A stretch of 64,000 nt of DNA from an uncultured cyanobacterium (GCA_963803805.1 CAWDOD010000003.1:576001-640000), one strand, 5' to 3'. Numbered from the stretch's first letter, positions 31,433 through 43,044 are shown. Numbers and translations are program-made. Notes: generated by a model not told the origin, from the sequence alone.

Positions 31433-32429
31433 ATGACTGCCACTTGGACAAAAAAACATATCCTTTCCTTAGCTGACTTTTCTCCTGGGGAGTACAACAC
31501 TGTGTTGCAAACCGCAGCAAGTTTTCGAGAAGTACTTTCCCGACGAATGAAGAAAGTTCCTACCTTACAAGGACAAGTAGTAGCCAACCTCTTCTTTGAA
31601 CCTTCTACTCGCACCCGTAGCAGTTTTGAACTAGCCGCTAAACGCCTATCCGCCGATACCCTCAATTTTGCCCCAGGCAGCTCTTCTCTGACTAAAGGCG
31701 AAACCATTCTTGATACAGCCAAAACTTATCTGGCTATGGGTGCAAACATGATGGTTATTCGTCATCGCGAAGCAGGAGTTCCCCAAACCATTGCTGAAGA
31801 AATGGATCATTTAGGAGTACAAGTTGGTATCCTCAATGCTGGAGACGGACAACATGAACATCCTTCCCAAGCTTTATTGGACTTATTTACCATCTGCTGC
31901 TGTTTAGATCATCACCAACCTCACCTCGAACTACTTAAGGGTAAAAAGGTTGCTATTGTGGGAGATATTATTCACTCACGAGTCGCTAGATCCAACCTTT
32001 GGAGTTTAACGGCTGCGGGGGCAGAAGTACATTTGGCTGGCCCTCCTACCCTTGTTCCCAAACTATTCGCCGATGGTGCTTACTTCGGCGATAATTTCCT
32101 TGCCCCTCAATTACACTGGCAAGTTGAACCTGCTTTGCAAGATGCAGATTTTGTGATGACTCTACGTTTGCAAAAAGAACGTATGACTCAAAACCTCCTA
32201 CCCAGTTTACGAGAATACCATCAACGTTACGGTATTACCCGCGATCGCCTCAAGTTATGCCAGCCAGAAGTTAAAATCTTGCATCCTGGCCCCACTAACC
32301 GGGGAGTAGAAATAAGTTCCGATCTTATGGATGACCCCCAATACAGCTTGATTCCTCACCAAGTTACTAGTGGCGTAGCGGTAAGGATGCGCCCTACTAT
32401 ATCTGATGGGAAGTGGTAGAAATCTTTAG
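31433..32429 (+). CDS. pyrB: Aspartate carbamoyltransferase catalytic subunit; apparent extra base near 32390
   Basis: [19 protein letters not shown]; removing C32390 restores VRMALLYLM to stop 32427-32429. Confidence 0.92.
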
Positions 32430-32459
32430 TAATCTATCTATTAGTAATTACTTTGATTG

Positions 32460-32860
32460 TCATAGAACACCCAAAGCATAAAAAATAAGTAAACAGATAG
32501 CCGCGCCTACAAGGGCGGTAAAAGTCATGGCCATCCCAAAGACACGATACCGATAATTTTCTAAAGTCTTGCTAACACCATAGGCGTGGGAAAGCCGGCT
32601 AGAAGCAAAAAGATACATAGCGCGTGTGTAAGGAAGTGGTGTCCACCTTGCAATTCAAGCATAAAGATCAGCAGAAGAGTAAAAGGTGTATACTCAGCAA
32701 AGTTTGAGTGGACACGCATTGCACGGAGCATTTTTTGATTACCTGCATCCCCAATGGTGATCTTTAGGTTGCCGCGTAGAACCAAAGTACGCAAGCTAAG
32801 TAAGAAGAAAACCAGACTCAGAATCGCTGCATAGAAGGGCGTGATGTACATGATTATCAA
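32460..32860 (-). CDS. MAPEG family membrane protein, apparent frameshift near 32597
   Basis: RAMRVHSNFAEYTP; the alternate frame continues RLSHAYG...RVFGMAMT to a stop at 32460. Confidence 0.75.
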
Positions 32861-33242
32861 AGCCTAAATTATGAATTCAATCGGTCTTGAAATTAATTTT
32901 CTTGGGCAATCTATTATTCTCTAGTTCTTCCCGATTGCTTTTTACTTCAGTAATCAATTAAGACATGACGAAGGATAAGAGATAAAAATTATTGTCTTGA
33001 TTGTCGTTGGCTTAAGGAAGATTAATACTTCTACATCTGAACAAATTAACTCAATAGACTCATATAACTTTTCTAATTCTGGGTTTTGGCGATCACATTC
33101 ATTCAACTAACGGGTTTAGGTATAATCGCTAACTATCTCTAAAAGCAGATAATTCCTTCAAAGATTTCTAACAAAAAACCCCCTCTTAACCAAGAATAGA
33201 AGCATACTTGAGGTTAATAGAAGCTAGGTCAGGGGAAATATT

Positions 33243-33737
33243 ATGAACTATAGCAAAATTCTACTTGCTCTTGACCGCTTGCCCCAAGCCTCCATTATAT
33301 TTGAACAAGCCCTAGTTATAGCTCAAAAATTTGACAGCAGTTTGATGATTTTTCATAATCTGAACTGCGATACAGATGAAGAGGATAGCGTTGAGATTGG
33401 GACTTTTGGAGATGTTGATGTACGCGGTAGTAAATTAGGATATCGACAAGAACGTTTAGAAAAGAAAATCGAGGAAGTAAAAACTTGGTTAACAGGTTAT
33501 TGTGAACAGGCCAAAGCTTTGCAAGTTAACACAGAATTCCATTATCAAGGAGGGATACCAGGTAGGCGAATCTGCGATTTAGCAACTAGTTGGAATGCAG
33601 ATTTAATTATTGTTGGTCACAGAGGATATACAGGCATATCAGAAGCTTGGTTAGGAAGTGTTAGTAGCTATGTTCTCCACCACGCCAATTGTTCAGTTTT
33701 GGTGGTGCAAGGTCGTCAAGCAATTGAGAATATGTAA
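33243..33737 (+). CDS. Universal stress protein (UspA family)
   Basis: KILLALD; ADLIIVGHRG...LGSVSSYVLHHANCSVLVV. Confidence 0.92.
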   Translation: MNYSKILLALDRLPQASIIFEQALVIAQKFDSSLMIFHNLNCDTDEEDSVEIGTFGDVDVRGSKLGYRQERLEKKIEEVKTWLTGYCEQAKALQVNTEFHYQGGIPGRRICDLATSWNADLIIVGHRGYTGISEAWLGSVSSYVLHHANCSVLVVQGRQAIENM

Positions 33738-33793
33738 CCAGCTTAGATTATCTAAGTCTTTGACAATTCACAGGCATTTGCCCTATTCGGTCT

Positions 33794-34399
33794 ATGAACA
33801 ATGAAGTAGTTAAGTCTCAATATCTACAAATTCAAGGGACAAAAATTCATTACCTGGAAACAGTAGAAATAAACACGCAGCCTATACTATTTTTGCATGG
33901 AGCAAGTTTTTGCGCTCAAACTTGGCAGGATATTGGTAGTTTGCAGGTTGTCCCCGAGAAAGGATATCGGGGAGTTGCTTTAGATTTACCAGGATATGGT
34001 GAGTCGGAGATATCATCGGGTTCTCGCGAAGAATTTTTATTAGAGTTTATTGAAACCTTAAAACTCAATTTACCCATAGTTATTTCCCCTTCTATGAGTG
34101 GTAGTTACAGTTTACCTTTTGTGGTCAACCACTCCCAAAAACTGCGGGGTTTTGTTCCTGTTGCCCCGGTGGGTATTTCTCGCTATGGTGAACAACTTAG
34201 AGGTATAGAACTACCAACTCTAGCAATTTGGGGTAGCAATGACCGCATTGTACCAGTTGCCCAAGCTGATTTTTTGGTAGAAATTATGCCTAATGCCAAG
34301 AAGTTAGTTTTAGAAAATGCTGGTCATGCTTGTTATATGCGGGCGACTGCTGATTTTCATAAGCATTTACTGGATTTTATTAAGGAATGCTGTACATAA
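33794..34399 (+). CDS. Alpha/beta hydrolase (ABHD14-like)
   Basis: FLHGA, DLPGYG, SPSMSG nucleophile elbow, WGSND, GHACY. Confidence 0.85.
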   Translation: MNNEVVKSQYLQIQGTKIHYLETVEINTQPILFLHGASFCAQTWQDIGSLQVVPEKGYRGVALDLPGYGESEISSGSREEFLLEFIETLKLNLPIVISPSMSGSYSLPFVVNHSQKLRGFVPVAPVGISRYGEQLRGIELPTLAIWGSNDRIVPVAQADFLVEIMPNAKKLVLENAGHACYMRATADFHKHLLDFIKECCT

Positions 34400-34481
34400 T
34401 TAATTTGCTATTTTATTTCTTTAACCTGTATTAAAGTTTGTTAAACTCCTTTTAAGTTAAGATAGCTAGCTAGTTTTACCC

Positions 34482-34859
34482 ATGCTCAAGGAAATATTCC
34501 CTTTTCAAGTTAATCTAAATACAGTTGCGATCGCCGGGGCTTGTTTATGGTCTTTGGCATTGTATCTTGGTTTCGCAACCACAAGGGAGTGGATAACTCT
34601 GCAATTAGAACGTTGGTTTAATTTTGCTGAGCGATCGCTGTATACTTCAGCAGAGGAGTTTGAAAGAACTCGCCCCGCCAGGGAATCACAAAATGCTTTT
34701 TACGCTTCTTTATTTAGTATTTTGCCTTTCTTATTAATGGGATGTCTTTTTAATTTTGGTGTGGAATGGAGTTTAGGCCCTAGTTGGGGCATAAGTATGG
34801 GAATTTTGGCTTGTATGGGTTGTGGTGTTTTTGAGTTGGGGCGCAGGGATGCCCAATAG
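34482..34859 (+). CDS. Conserved cyanobacterial membrane protein
   Basis: Three hydrophobic segments; RWFNFAERSLY...RESQNAFYAS. Confidence 0.75.
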   Translation: MLKEIFPFQVNLNTVAIAGACLWSLALYLGFATTREWITLQLERWFNFAERSLYTSAEEFERTRPARESQNAFYASLFSILPFLLMGCLFNFGVEWSLGPSWGISMGILACMGCGVFELGRRDAQ

Positions 34860-35162
34860 CAGTTAATTACTGATAGCATTTCTCAGACTCATAAATTAAT
34901 AAGACCAGCCCTTTCAAGGTGTAGGTTTTAATTGTTAGTTTTGGGACAGAATCTTAGTAGTAGAGACATGAGGTCGTTAAAATGACTTTGACACGCCGAA
35001 TTTTTGATAAATAGCCCTCATCGTCACTAACTTTAACAGTTTGCTACAAAGATAGTTCCTCCTTCGACTGAACCCATAGGGCGGAATGTATCAGCGTCAT
35101 GCCAAGGAAAACATTAGTAACCTCATCAGCTAGGTCAATCAAAATCACATAAAATAACCAAC

Positions 35163-35610
35163 TAGTGTTTAGTCAAGGAAAGAAATTAGGATAGAGAAAG
35201 AAAAGAAAATATAGAGAAAAAAGATGCAAAAAAAGTATATTGTGAGACTAACTGAGGAAGAAAGGAAAATCCTGCATCAGGTAATACCGCCCAAAGCAGA
35301 GAGTGAATTTGTCGCTCAAATGGAAGAAATGCGGAGGTGGCGCGGTCAATTCTGGAGCGTCTTGAGTTTCATTACACTCCTAAACACGGTAGTTGGTTGA
35401 ATATTGCTGAGTGTGAATTGAGTGTCCTGACTCGTCAGTGTTTAAAAGGACGGCGCTTTGAAGATATTGAGAGGCTTCTTGGTAAACTCTTGCCCTGGGC
35501 TGCAAGTAACAATCAATCTCAACGAGCAGTAGACTGGCAGTTTACCACAGATGATGCTCGTGATAAGCTCAAGTCTCTTTACCCTAAAATTGTGCTTTGA
35601 CAGAACACTA
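35163..35610 (+). mobile_element. Internally deleted IS630-family element (MITE-like, about 450 bp)
   Basis: Terminal IRs TAGTGTTTAGTCAA / TTGACAGAACACTA with TA ends; transposase fragments MQKKYIVRLTEEER, PPKAESEFVAQMEE, HYTPKHGSWLNIAE...WQFT. Confidence 0.85.
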
Positions 35611-35708
35611 GATTTCCCAACTAATAATTGATAAAATGGGCAACCCAATCTAAATCTAGGCTTATCAACAATACATAGGAAATGGGTTACTTCTACCATT
35701 GATAACTG

Positions 35709-35771
35709 ATGCCTAACGGCAACGGCAAGCTGTACATTGATAACTGTAGGGCTTGCCATTGTCGAAGACAT
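35709..35771. repeat. Inverted pair of about 27-nt dispersed repeat units
   Basis: CAACGGCAAGCTGTACA and TGTAGGGCTTGCCATTGTCGAAGAC; related copy at 62341-62365. Confidence 0.6.
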
Positions 35772-35870
35772 TATTGATCATTGAGAAGATTTGCTAGACT
35801 AAGGAGTGAGAAGTAGATTTCCTTAATTGGAATTTGTTTCTCGGCAGCGAGACATCATTTCATCCTTTGG

Positions 35871-35894
35871 AAGTGGGTCATACCCGCTTTTTTT
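35871..35894 (+). promoter_or_regulatory. rimP leader hairpin (attenuator-like)
   Basis: AAGTGGGT-cat-ACCCGCTT + T-tract 15 nt before the rimP ATG. Confidence 0.65.
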
Positions 35895-35909
35895 GTTGCT
35901 AAAAATTCC

Positions 35910-36377
35910 ATGACTCATCCTCTCATTCCCCAAATTATCGATTTAGCTACACCTATTGCCGAAGAAATTGGTTTAGATGTAGTTGATGCGGTTTTCCAAA
36001 CTAACAAAAACCCTCCTGTGTTACGAGTGGACATTCGCAACCTAAAAAGTGAAACCAGTGTTGATGATTGCGAAAAGATGAGTCGTGCTTTAGAACAGCA
36101 GCTAGATACCATAGGAATCATCCCTAACTCTTACGCTTATGTCCTAGAGATTTCGAGTCCTGGTATCTCCAGACAACTAACCACAGACAGGGAATTTATT
36201 TCTTTTAAAGGATTTCCCATCGCTATTAAAACCTATGCTCCCTATGAAGGAAAAAAAGAGTGGCGAGGCAGACTGAACCAAAGAGACGACCAAGCTGTGT
36301 ATTTGAATCAAAAAGGTCGGGAAGTAAAAATTCCTCGTCAACTAATAGCTAAGGTGCAGTTAGACGATAGCGGTTAG
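35910..36377 (+). CDS. rimP: Ribosome maturation factor RimP
   Basis: MTHPLIP, DDCE.MSR, Y.LEISSPG; directly upstream of nusA. Confidence 0.93.
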   Translation: MTHPLIPQIIDLATPIAEEIGLDVVDAVFQTNKNPPVLRVDIRNLKSETSVDDCEKMSRALEQQLDTIGIIPNSYAYVLEISSPGISRQLTTDREFISFKGFPIAIKTYAPYEGKKEWRGRLNQRDDQAVYLNQKGREVKIPRQLIAKVQLDDSG

Positions 36378-36450
36378 ATAGTCCTAAATCAATTGATCAT
36401 CTTGCTAAAACCAAACAACTAAATTAGAAAAAGATTAAGGAGTTCTGCTC

Positions 36451-37779
36451 ATGTCCATCGTCAACTTGCCTGGACTGAGGAATATGATTGACGACATTAG
36501 TCAAAGGCATAATTTGCCTAAATCAGCCGTCCAGCAAGCATTGCGAGAAGCATTACTCAAAGGTTACGAACGTTATCGCCGCGCTCAAAATCTTGACCGC
36601 GACCATTTTAGTGAAGAATACTTTGAGAATTTTGAAATTGAACTAGATACAGAAGAGGAAGAAGAAGGTTTCCGCATCTTAGCCACTAAAGAAATTGTTG
36701 AAGAGGTAAGTAATACAGACCACCAAATTTCTCTTAAGGAAGTTCAAGAAGTTGCCGCAGAAGCAATGTCAGGAGACTCTGTGGTTTTAGATGTAACCCC
36801 AGATCAAAGAGACTTTGGTCGTATGGCGGCGATTCAAACCAAACAAGTCCTACTACAAAAGTTGCGAGATCAACAACGGAAACTGGTTCAGGAGGAATTC
36901 CAAGACTTAGAAAATGAAGTACTCCAAGCTAGAGTACTAAGATTTGAAAGACAGTCCATTATTATGGCTGTTAATAGTGGTTTTGGACAGCCAGAAGTAG
37001 AAGCAGAATTACCAAAGCGAGAGCAGTTACCCAATGATAATTATCGGGCTAATGCGACTTTTCGGGTCTTTTTGAAAAAAGTTAGAGAAGGGCCCCATCG
37101 GGGACCGCAACTACTAGTTTCTCGTGCTTCGGCCGGTTTGGTAGTATATTTATTTGCTAACGAAGTCCCAGAAATAGAAGATGAAGTTGTTCGCATTGTT
37201 GCTGTTGCTAGGGAAGCTAGCCCACCTTCTCGTCAAGTTGGACCCCGAACTAAAATTGCTGTTGATACTTTAGAACGGGATGTAGATCCTGTTGGGGCTT
37301 GTATTGGTGCGAGGGGTTCACGCATTCAAGCAGTGGTAAATGAGTTGCGGGGAGAGAAAATCGACGTAATTCGTTGGTCGCCTGATCCTTCTACTTATAT
37401 ATCTAATGCCCTTTCTCCTGCCCGTGTCGACCAAGTTTTGTTGGTCAATCCTGATGAACGCCAAGCCATGGTTTTGGTGGCAGAAAATCAACTCAGTTTG
37501 GCCATTGGCAAAGAAGGACAAAATGTTCGACTCGCCGCCCGCTTAACAGGTTGGAAAATTGATATTAAAGATTCTGCTAAGTATGACGAAGAGTTAGCCA
37601 GACAAGCAGAAATGGAGAAGGAAGAGTCCGAATTAACTGAGGATCTAGAAGCTGAGGAAGATTGGTTAGAACCTGAAGAAGAAGCTGAAACAGAAGAAGA
37701 AGTCGTTTCTACAGATGATGAAGAATCAGAATCAGAAGCAAGTTTAGAAAAGGAGGAACAGGAAGAAACTGAGCAATGA
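36451..37779 (+). CDS. nusA: Transcription termination/antitermination factor NusA
   Basis: FGRMAAIQTKQ, S1 domain, DPVGACIGARG, AIGKEGQNVRLA; acidic tail. Confidence 0.97.
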   Translation: MSIVNLPGLRNMIDDISQRHNLPKSAVQQALREALLKGYERYRRAQNLDRDHFSEEYFENFEIELDTEEEEEGFRILATKEIVEEVSNTDHQISLKEVQEVAAEAMSGDSVVLDVTPDQRDFGRMAAIQTKQVLLQKLRDQQRKLVQEEFQDLENEVLQARVLRFERQSIIMAVNSGFGQPEVEAELPKREQLPNDNYRANATFRVFLKKVREGPHRGPQLLVSRASAGLVVYLFANEVPEIEDEVVRIVAVAREASPPSRQVGPRTKIAVDTLERDVDPVGACIGARGSRIQAVVNELRGEKIDVIRWSPDPSTYISNALSPARVDQVLLVNPDERQAMVLVAENQLSLAIGKEGQNVRLAARLTGWKIDIKDSAKYDEELARQAEMEKEESELTEDLEAEEDWLEPEEEAETEEEVVSTDDEESESEASLEKEEQEETEQ

Positions 37780-37783
37780 GATA

Positions 37784-38023
37784 ATGATTAACCAACGACG
37801 TTGTATAAGCTGTCGTAAGTTGGGGCAAAAAGAAGAATTTTGGCGCGTCGTCAGAGTTCATCCTACTAGAGAAATCAAATTAGATGAAGGTATGGGACGT
37901 TCTGCTTATCTTTGCTCCCAAGCTGAATGTCTTCAGCTAGCCCAAAAAAAGAATCGCTTAGGACGTTCCCTACGGGCTAAAGTTTCTGAAGACATTTATC
38001 AAAGTTTGTGGCAGCGTTTGTAA
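37784..38023 (+). CDS. ylxR: YlxR (DUF448) RNA-binding protein
   Basis: RRCISCR...GRSAYLC; follows nusA. Confidence 0.9.
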   Translation: MINQRRCISCRKLGQKEEFWRVVRVHPTREIKLDEGMGRSAYLCSQAECLQLAQKKNRLGRSLRAKVSEDIYQSLWQRL

Positions 38024-38045
38024 GTAAATTAATAAGTTTAGATGG

Positions 38046-38124
38046 AGGGCTGGTTTTTGTAGATTTTGGCTCATAATATAGCTTCTACTAGAACCCGCCC
38101 TTACAGAGATTTTGGCTCACAATA
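38046..38124. repeat. REP-like hairpin plus 18-nt direct repeat
   Basis: AGGGCTGGTTTTTGTAGA...TCTACTAGAACCCGCCCT; AGATTTTGGCTCA(T/C)AATA twice. Confidence 0.55.
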
Positions 38125-38306
38125 CAATTTCCGGTTTTATGAATTACTGCTTAAAACACTGAAGAAGCCTTTTGGTGATGAGCAACAACTCTGTTAAAAG
38201 GGTTTCTAACTCTGTAGTGGTTTTCAAATTTGCATGACATAATAAAGTTGACCTGTAATCAATATTTAACTTTAAGAAAATATTAATTATTGAGGATATT
38301 TTATTA

Positions 38307-39206
38307 ATGAATTGGTTTTCTCAGACTATCAACGACTTGCGAATAAAAAAACATTATTTGATGCAGGAATATGCAAATAATTCGCGTTTTTATAGGAACG
38401 TTCTTTCTCCATCAACAGAAGTAATTAATCAAAAAGAGATCAGAATTGTCGGGATACGCCGTACGGGAAATCATGCCATTGTTGGCTGGATCAGAGCGCA
38501 ACATCCAGAATATGCTTTTCATATCAATCATCCTCCGGCGGGAAAAAATCCATATCAGTTTCTTTATACTCATTTCAAAAAGCCTGAACAATATCAAGAA
38601 GCAATAGGAAATTTTTCTAAAAAGAGTCTACTAATTCTTAGTTATGAAGATCAAGAAATAGAAAAAATTTGTTCTGCTAAGTTTGAAAAGTTCCATGATA
38701 CATATGTTGGAATTTCAGCAAGCAGATTTGATGTTCTCATACTCAGAGATCCTTTCAATTTACTTGCTAGCAGAATAAAATCAAATAAGTCTAGCCTGAC
38801 TGATGGTACTGCCCTAGAAGCTATCCAGTTTTGGAAATCCTACGCACGAGAGTTTTTAGGAGAAACACAATTTCTCATCCATAATAAGTTGTGTATAAAC
38901 TTCAATAAGTGGCATTATGATGCCCAATATCGAGAAGAAATAGCTAAACATTTGAATCTTGAATTTACTGATGCTGGTCGAGAGAGGGTTAGAGATTATG
39001 GAGGAGGAAGTTCTTTTGATGGTCGCCAACTTGATGGACAAGCTTCACAGCTTAAAATCCTCAATCGCTGGGAATTATTTGAAGATGTAGATTGGTTTTG
39101 GAATCTATTTAAAGATGAAGAATTACTAGATTATACAGAACGCATTTTTGACAAGGAAACTCTCCCCTTTGATAAAATACAACGCGAGGTTTCCCAACTT
39201 GCTTAA
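38307..39206 (+). CDS. Hypothetical protein, sulfotransferase-like fold
   Basis: GIRRTGNHAI (5'-PSB-like) and LILRDPFNLLASR (3'-PB-like) motifs. Confidence 0.6.
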   Translation: MNWFSQTINDLRIKKHYLMQEYANNSRFYRNVLSPSTEVINQKEIRIVGIRRTGNHAIVGWIRAQHPEYAFHINHPPAGKNPYQFLYTHFKKPEQYQEAIGNFSKKSLLILSYEDQEIEKICSAKFEKFHDTYVGISASRFDVLILRDPFNLLASRIKSNKSSLTDGTALEAIQFWKSYAREFLGETQFLIHNKLCINFNKWHYDAQYREEIAKHLNLEFTDAGRERVRDYGGGSSFDGRQLDGQASQLKILNRWELFEDVDWFWNLFKDEELLDYTERIFDKETLPFDKIQREVSQLA

Positions 39207-39236
39207 GCTGACTAACTTAAATTCAACTCAATCAAG

Positions 39237-39713
39237 ATGAAAAAAATTCTGGCGATTACCTGTTTAATTATTTCTATTTTAATTTCACCTGGTTTTACTC
39301 AAATTGCCCAAGCCGCTAGGGGAGTTGACCTTCTCGATAAATATGTTTATGAAACTCTCCAAGAATATGCCCAGGCTTGGGATCAACAAAGCCCAGAACA
39401 AGTGATTTCCACCTTCACTTCGGAGGGAACATATCAAGAAAATGAAGGCGGTTTTTCGGCGGCTAACCCTGAAGAAGCCAAAAAGTTCCTCGAAGAGATT
39501 TTCACCTCTCTTCCTGGTAGTAACTTTAAGATATTAACCCTGACCACAGATGGTCAAGACTCTGTGGATCTTCACTGGGAAATAAGTGGTTATTTTCAGG
39601 GCAAACCCTACGCTGTACAAGGAGTAGATGCTATGGAAATCGCAGGCAACAAAATTAAGTCCGTGCGAGGTTATTCCAATCCAGAAGATTGGGAAAAAAT
39701 TTTCAACCCTTGA
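39237..39713 (+). CDS. Exported SnoaL/NTF2-like protein
   Basis: Signal peptide ending AQA; Y..AW...F...G.Y; GVD......KI pattern. Confidence 0.7.
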   Translation: MKKILAITCLIISILISPGFTQIAQAARGVDLLDKYVYETLQEYAQAWDQQSPEQVISTFTSEGTYQENEGGFSAANPEEAKKFLEEIFTSLPGSNFKILTLTTDGQDSVDLHWEISGYFQGKPYAVQGVDAMEIAGNKIKSVRGYSNPEDWEKIFNP

Positions 39714-39755
39714 ATTTCCCACTTGTTACTTTCTTGTTACTTGACTTTTTTCCCA

Positions 39756-42700
39756 TCATCCCGTATTACGCATCCCTGCCGCAATACCGTTAATAGTTAA
39801 CAAAGCCCCTCGCAACAATTCTTCCTTACTGTAACGGAAGTGTATTGTTCCTGAGATACCTTGGTTACTATATTCTCGTAGTCGCTTAAGCAAAGCTACC
39901 TGCAAAAAACCCAGGGGAACAATAGTACCATTGCGTAGTTGAACTGAACGCTGCAATCCTGGGTCACTATCTAAAAGGCGTTTGTGACCAGTAATAACCA
40001 AAACCAGATCGCGAGTAAGATTATATTCTTTGGTTATTTGAGCAGATACCTTAGCAAAACGTTCCCGATCTTCTGGTGCTGAGAGTTCATTAACATAATG
40101 ACTAGCCATTTGTAAATCTACTTTAGCTAAGGTCATTTCTACTTTAGAAATAGCTATTTTGAAAAAAGGCCACTTAAAGTAGAAATAACGTAACAGTTTT
40201 AAGTTTTCTTCTGGTTCTTTATCAAGAAACTCTCTGAGTGCCGTACCCACGCCATACCAAGCGGGCAAAAGAAAGCGGCTTTGAGTCCAGCTAAAGACCC
40301 AAGGAATAGCCCGCAAACTACTTAGATCCTTTTTACCCTTTTTGCGTCGGGCAGGGCGAGAACTAATTTGCAGTTGACTAATTTCTTGGATTGGTGTGAC
40401 GGACATAAAAAAGTCCAGGAAGTCTGGCTGTTCGTAAATTAAGGCGCGGTAAGAAGCCCTGGCATTGGCTGCTAATTCCTCCATAATTTCGTTCCAAGGC
40501 TCAATATCGTCAAAGCCACTTCCGAGTAAGCTAGCTTGAATTACTGCGGTTGTGACGGATTCGAGGTGATAAAGAGCTAAATCCGGTAAGGAGTATTTAG
40601 AAGCAAGAACTTCTCCTTGTTCGGTAATTTTAATTCTGCCGTTAACAGTGGAATTAGGTTGAGCTAAGATAGCTTCGTAGGCAGGGCCACCACCGCGACC
40701 AACAGACCCACCTCGACCATGGAAGATGCGTAAAGCAATATTAAATTTTTTGGCAATGTTTTCTAGGGCTTTTTGAGCTTTATGAATTTCCCAGTTACTG
40801 CTTAAAAATCCTGAGTCTTTATTGCTGTCGGAGTAACCCAGCATTACTTCCTGGAGGTTGGGAGGTTGGAGTCCTGCGGGTTGGGAGTCGTGGCTATAAC
40901 CTCCTGTTAAAGCGGCATTGTATAAAGGTAACTCAAACAAGGATTTCATGACCGCAGGGGCGCGTTTGAGGTCATCTACGGTTTCAAATAAAGGAACTAC
41001 CCTAATGGTACTAATTCCTGTAGCTGGGTCGTAGAGTCCTGATTCTTTGGCTAAGAGTAATACTTCGAGAATATCGCTGACATCATTGCTCATACTAATA
41101 ATGTAGGTATGGCAAATGTTTACCCCAAATTCCTGTTGCATTTTCCGCAGCATTCGGAAAGTTTCAATAGTTTCGCAGGTTCTCTCGGAAAAAGGCATTT
41201 CCGCCGGAATTAAGGGGCGGCGAGTTTGTAATTCTGTGGTTAACCAAATTGAACGTTCTGATTCGGAAAGTTCGTTATATTTTTTGGGAAGAACTTGCAG
41301 ATATTCCGCAATTTCTTCTAAAGAATCAGAATGTCGCGAAGATTCTTGGCGCATATCCAATCGCGCTAAGTTGAAGCCATATATTTCCGCTTGGGAGATT
41401 AAACGGTCTAAATCACGACAACTTAAACCTGTTTCCACTAGATTGCGTTGAATCAATGCCAATTCAGCCAGAAATTCTTCCCCGGACTGATATAAACTTT
41501 GGGGAGCAATATCTTTCAATCCTTGCTGTTGGGATAAGTCATTAGTGGCTAAAATATTGTTGCGTTTGCGGGTATTAATCAGACGCTTGGTGATATAAGC
41601 TAGTTTCAAGCGATAGGGTTCTTGGCGATAGCGAATAGCCAACTGCTCATAAATCTCTGGCATATGCAAGCGGTCTTGTTCTAACGAATCAAGTAACTCT
41701 GGTAAGACATTGCTCCAATGTAGAGATAAGCTCAAAGAACTAGTCAGCTTTTCTACTGAATCTATATACTTGCTCAAAACCGAATCTCTTTGGTAACAAG
41801 CCGTTGACCAAGTGACTTCCGGAGTTACTGAAGGGTTCCCATCGCGGTCAGAACCAACCCAAGAACCAAAGCAACAAAAGTTATTGTGGGGAGGGCGTAT
41901 ATTGGGGAAAGCCGACTTTAGGGCTTGCTTAAGCCTAGTTGAAAGTTCTGGGATAACATCAAATAAAACCGTATCAAAGTAGTGGAGAGCATAATCTACC
42001 TCATCTAAAACTTGAGGTTTAAATTGATGCAACTCATCAGTACGCCACCAAAGACGAATTTCCTCCATAATTTGTTCTGTAGCAGCATCAACTTCCCAAG
42101 ACGTTGCTGTTGCCCAAGCATTGTTGGGTAACTTCGCTTGCAAGCCTTCTTCTGCTTGGTCAAGTTGCTGGAGAATGCCGGAAATACAGCGCTGTTTTTT
42201 ACGAATTGTGTGACGGACAATTTCTGTGGGATGTGCTGTAAAAACGAGGCGAACATCTAGCTGTTCTAGCAATCTTTGAATAGTTTGAGGGGGCATATTC
42301 ACCTTTTTGAGGTGAGGAAAAAGCCAGTAGAAAGTACCTGCTTGGTAAAGGTGATCTTCTTCGCTATCTTGCCAGCTTTTTTCTAAGCGATTAACTCCTA
42401 GAGGCGAATCTTTAGTAGTTCCATTTTCTAAATCATCGGAGTTGGGTGCAGATTCTCCCTTTTGCTCTTTGTAGGTAACTTGACGAGAAATTTGTTGATC
42501 TTTTTGTTCGTAGTGTTGCTCAACGATATTAATTAATTGGAAATAAAGAGCAAAAGCACGAGCTGCTTTAATGGCATCATCAAGCTCTAATTTAGCAATT
42601 AATTTCGGTACAGATGACTCCGGTAACTCTGTGGTTAAACCTTCTGGAGAACACATTGACCGTAGTTGCTTTAGTAAATCTAATAACTCCTGACCACATT

Positions 42701-42818
42701 CATACCGCAGAACCGATTCCCATAAATCTTCTACTAGCTTGAGTCGCCGACGTAACAAAAGTTCAGACGTAGAAGGGAGCCTAATTTCTTGCTCAGAAAA
42801 TTGTAGAAGCGAACTCAT
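39756..42818 (-). CDS. ppc: Phosphoenolpyruvate carboxylase
   Basis: [45 protein letters not shown], terminal MRNTG. Confidence 0.98.
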   Translation of the reverse strand: MSSLLQFSEQEIRLPSTSELLLRRRLKLVEDLWESVLRYECGQELLDLLKQLRSMCSPEGLTTELPESSVPKLIAKLELDDAIKAARAFALYFQLINIVEQHYEQKDQQISRQVTYKEQKGESAPNSDDLENGTTKDSPLGVNRLEKSWQDSEEDHLYQAGTFYWLFPHLKKVNMPPQTIQRLLEQLDVRLVFTAHPTEIVRHTIRKKQRCISGILQQLDQAEEGLQAKLPNNAWATATSWEVDAATEQIMEEIRLWWRTDELHQFKPQVLDEVDYALHYFDTVLFDVIPELSTRLKQALKSAFPNIRPPHNNFCCFGSWVGSDRDGNPSVTPEVTWSTACYQRDSVLSKYIDSVEKLTSSLSLSLHWSNVLPELLDSLEQDRLHMPEIYEQLAIRYRQEPYRLKLAYITKRLINTRKRNNILATNDLSQQQGLKDIAPQSLYQSGEEFLAELALIQRNLVETGLSCRDLDRLISQAEIYGFNLARLDMRQESSRHSDSLEEIAEYLQVLPKKYNELSESERSIWLTTELQTRRPLIPAEMPFSERTCETIETFRMLRKMQQEFGVNICHTYIISMSNDVSDILEVLLLAKESGLYDPATGISTIRVVPLFETVDDLKRAPAVMKSLFELPLYNAALTGGYSHDSQPAGLQPPNLQEVMLGYSDSNKDSGFLSSNWEIHKAQKALENIAKKFNIALRIFHGRGGSVGRGGGPAYEAILAQPNSTVNGRIKITEQGEVLASKYSLPDLALYHLESVTTAVIQASLLGSGFDDIEPWNEIMEELAANARASYRALIYEQPDFLDFFMSVTPIQEISQLQISSRPARRKKGKKDLSSLRAIPWVFSWTQSRFLLPAWYGVGTALREFLDKEPEENLKLLRYFYFKWPFFKIAISKVEMTLAKVDLQMASHYVNELSAPEDRERFAKVSAQITKEYNLTRDLVLVITGHKRLLDSDPGLQRSVQLRNGTIVPLGFLQVALLKRLREYSNQGISGTIHFRYSKEELLRGALLTINGIAAGMRNTG

Positions 42819-43044
42819 AACTGTCTGTTCCCACTAAAAAAACTATAACCCACTTACAAAAAACACCTACTATATTGCGCCCCTAGATGATTTTGGTGTT
42901 TTTTGATTTAGATCAAAAATGTCAAGGGCGTTTGGGTAGCGCTTTTATGATTGTATGGGTTCGTGGTTTACTTTGTAGCACAAGTGAACACTGAATAAAG
43001 AATTCATACTCTAGTAAGATGAAAGATTTGGGCTTAAATATAAG

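Noticed and set aside
35442-35771. 109-aa minus-strand ORF
   Set aside because: Made of dispersed repeats and antisense IS630 sequence
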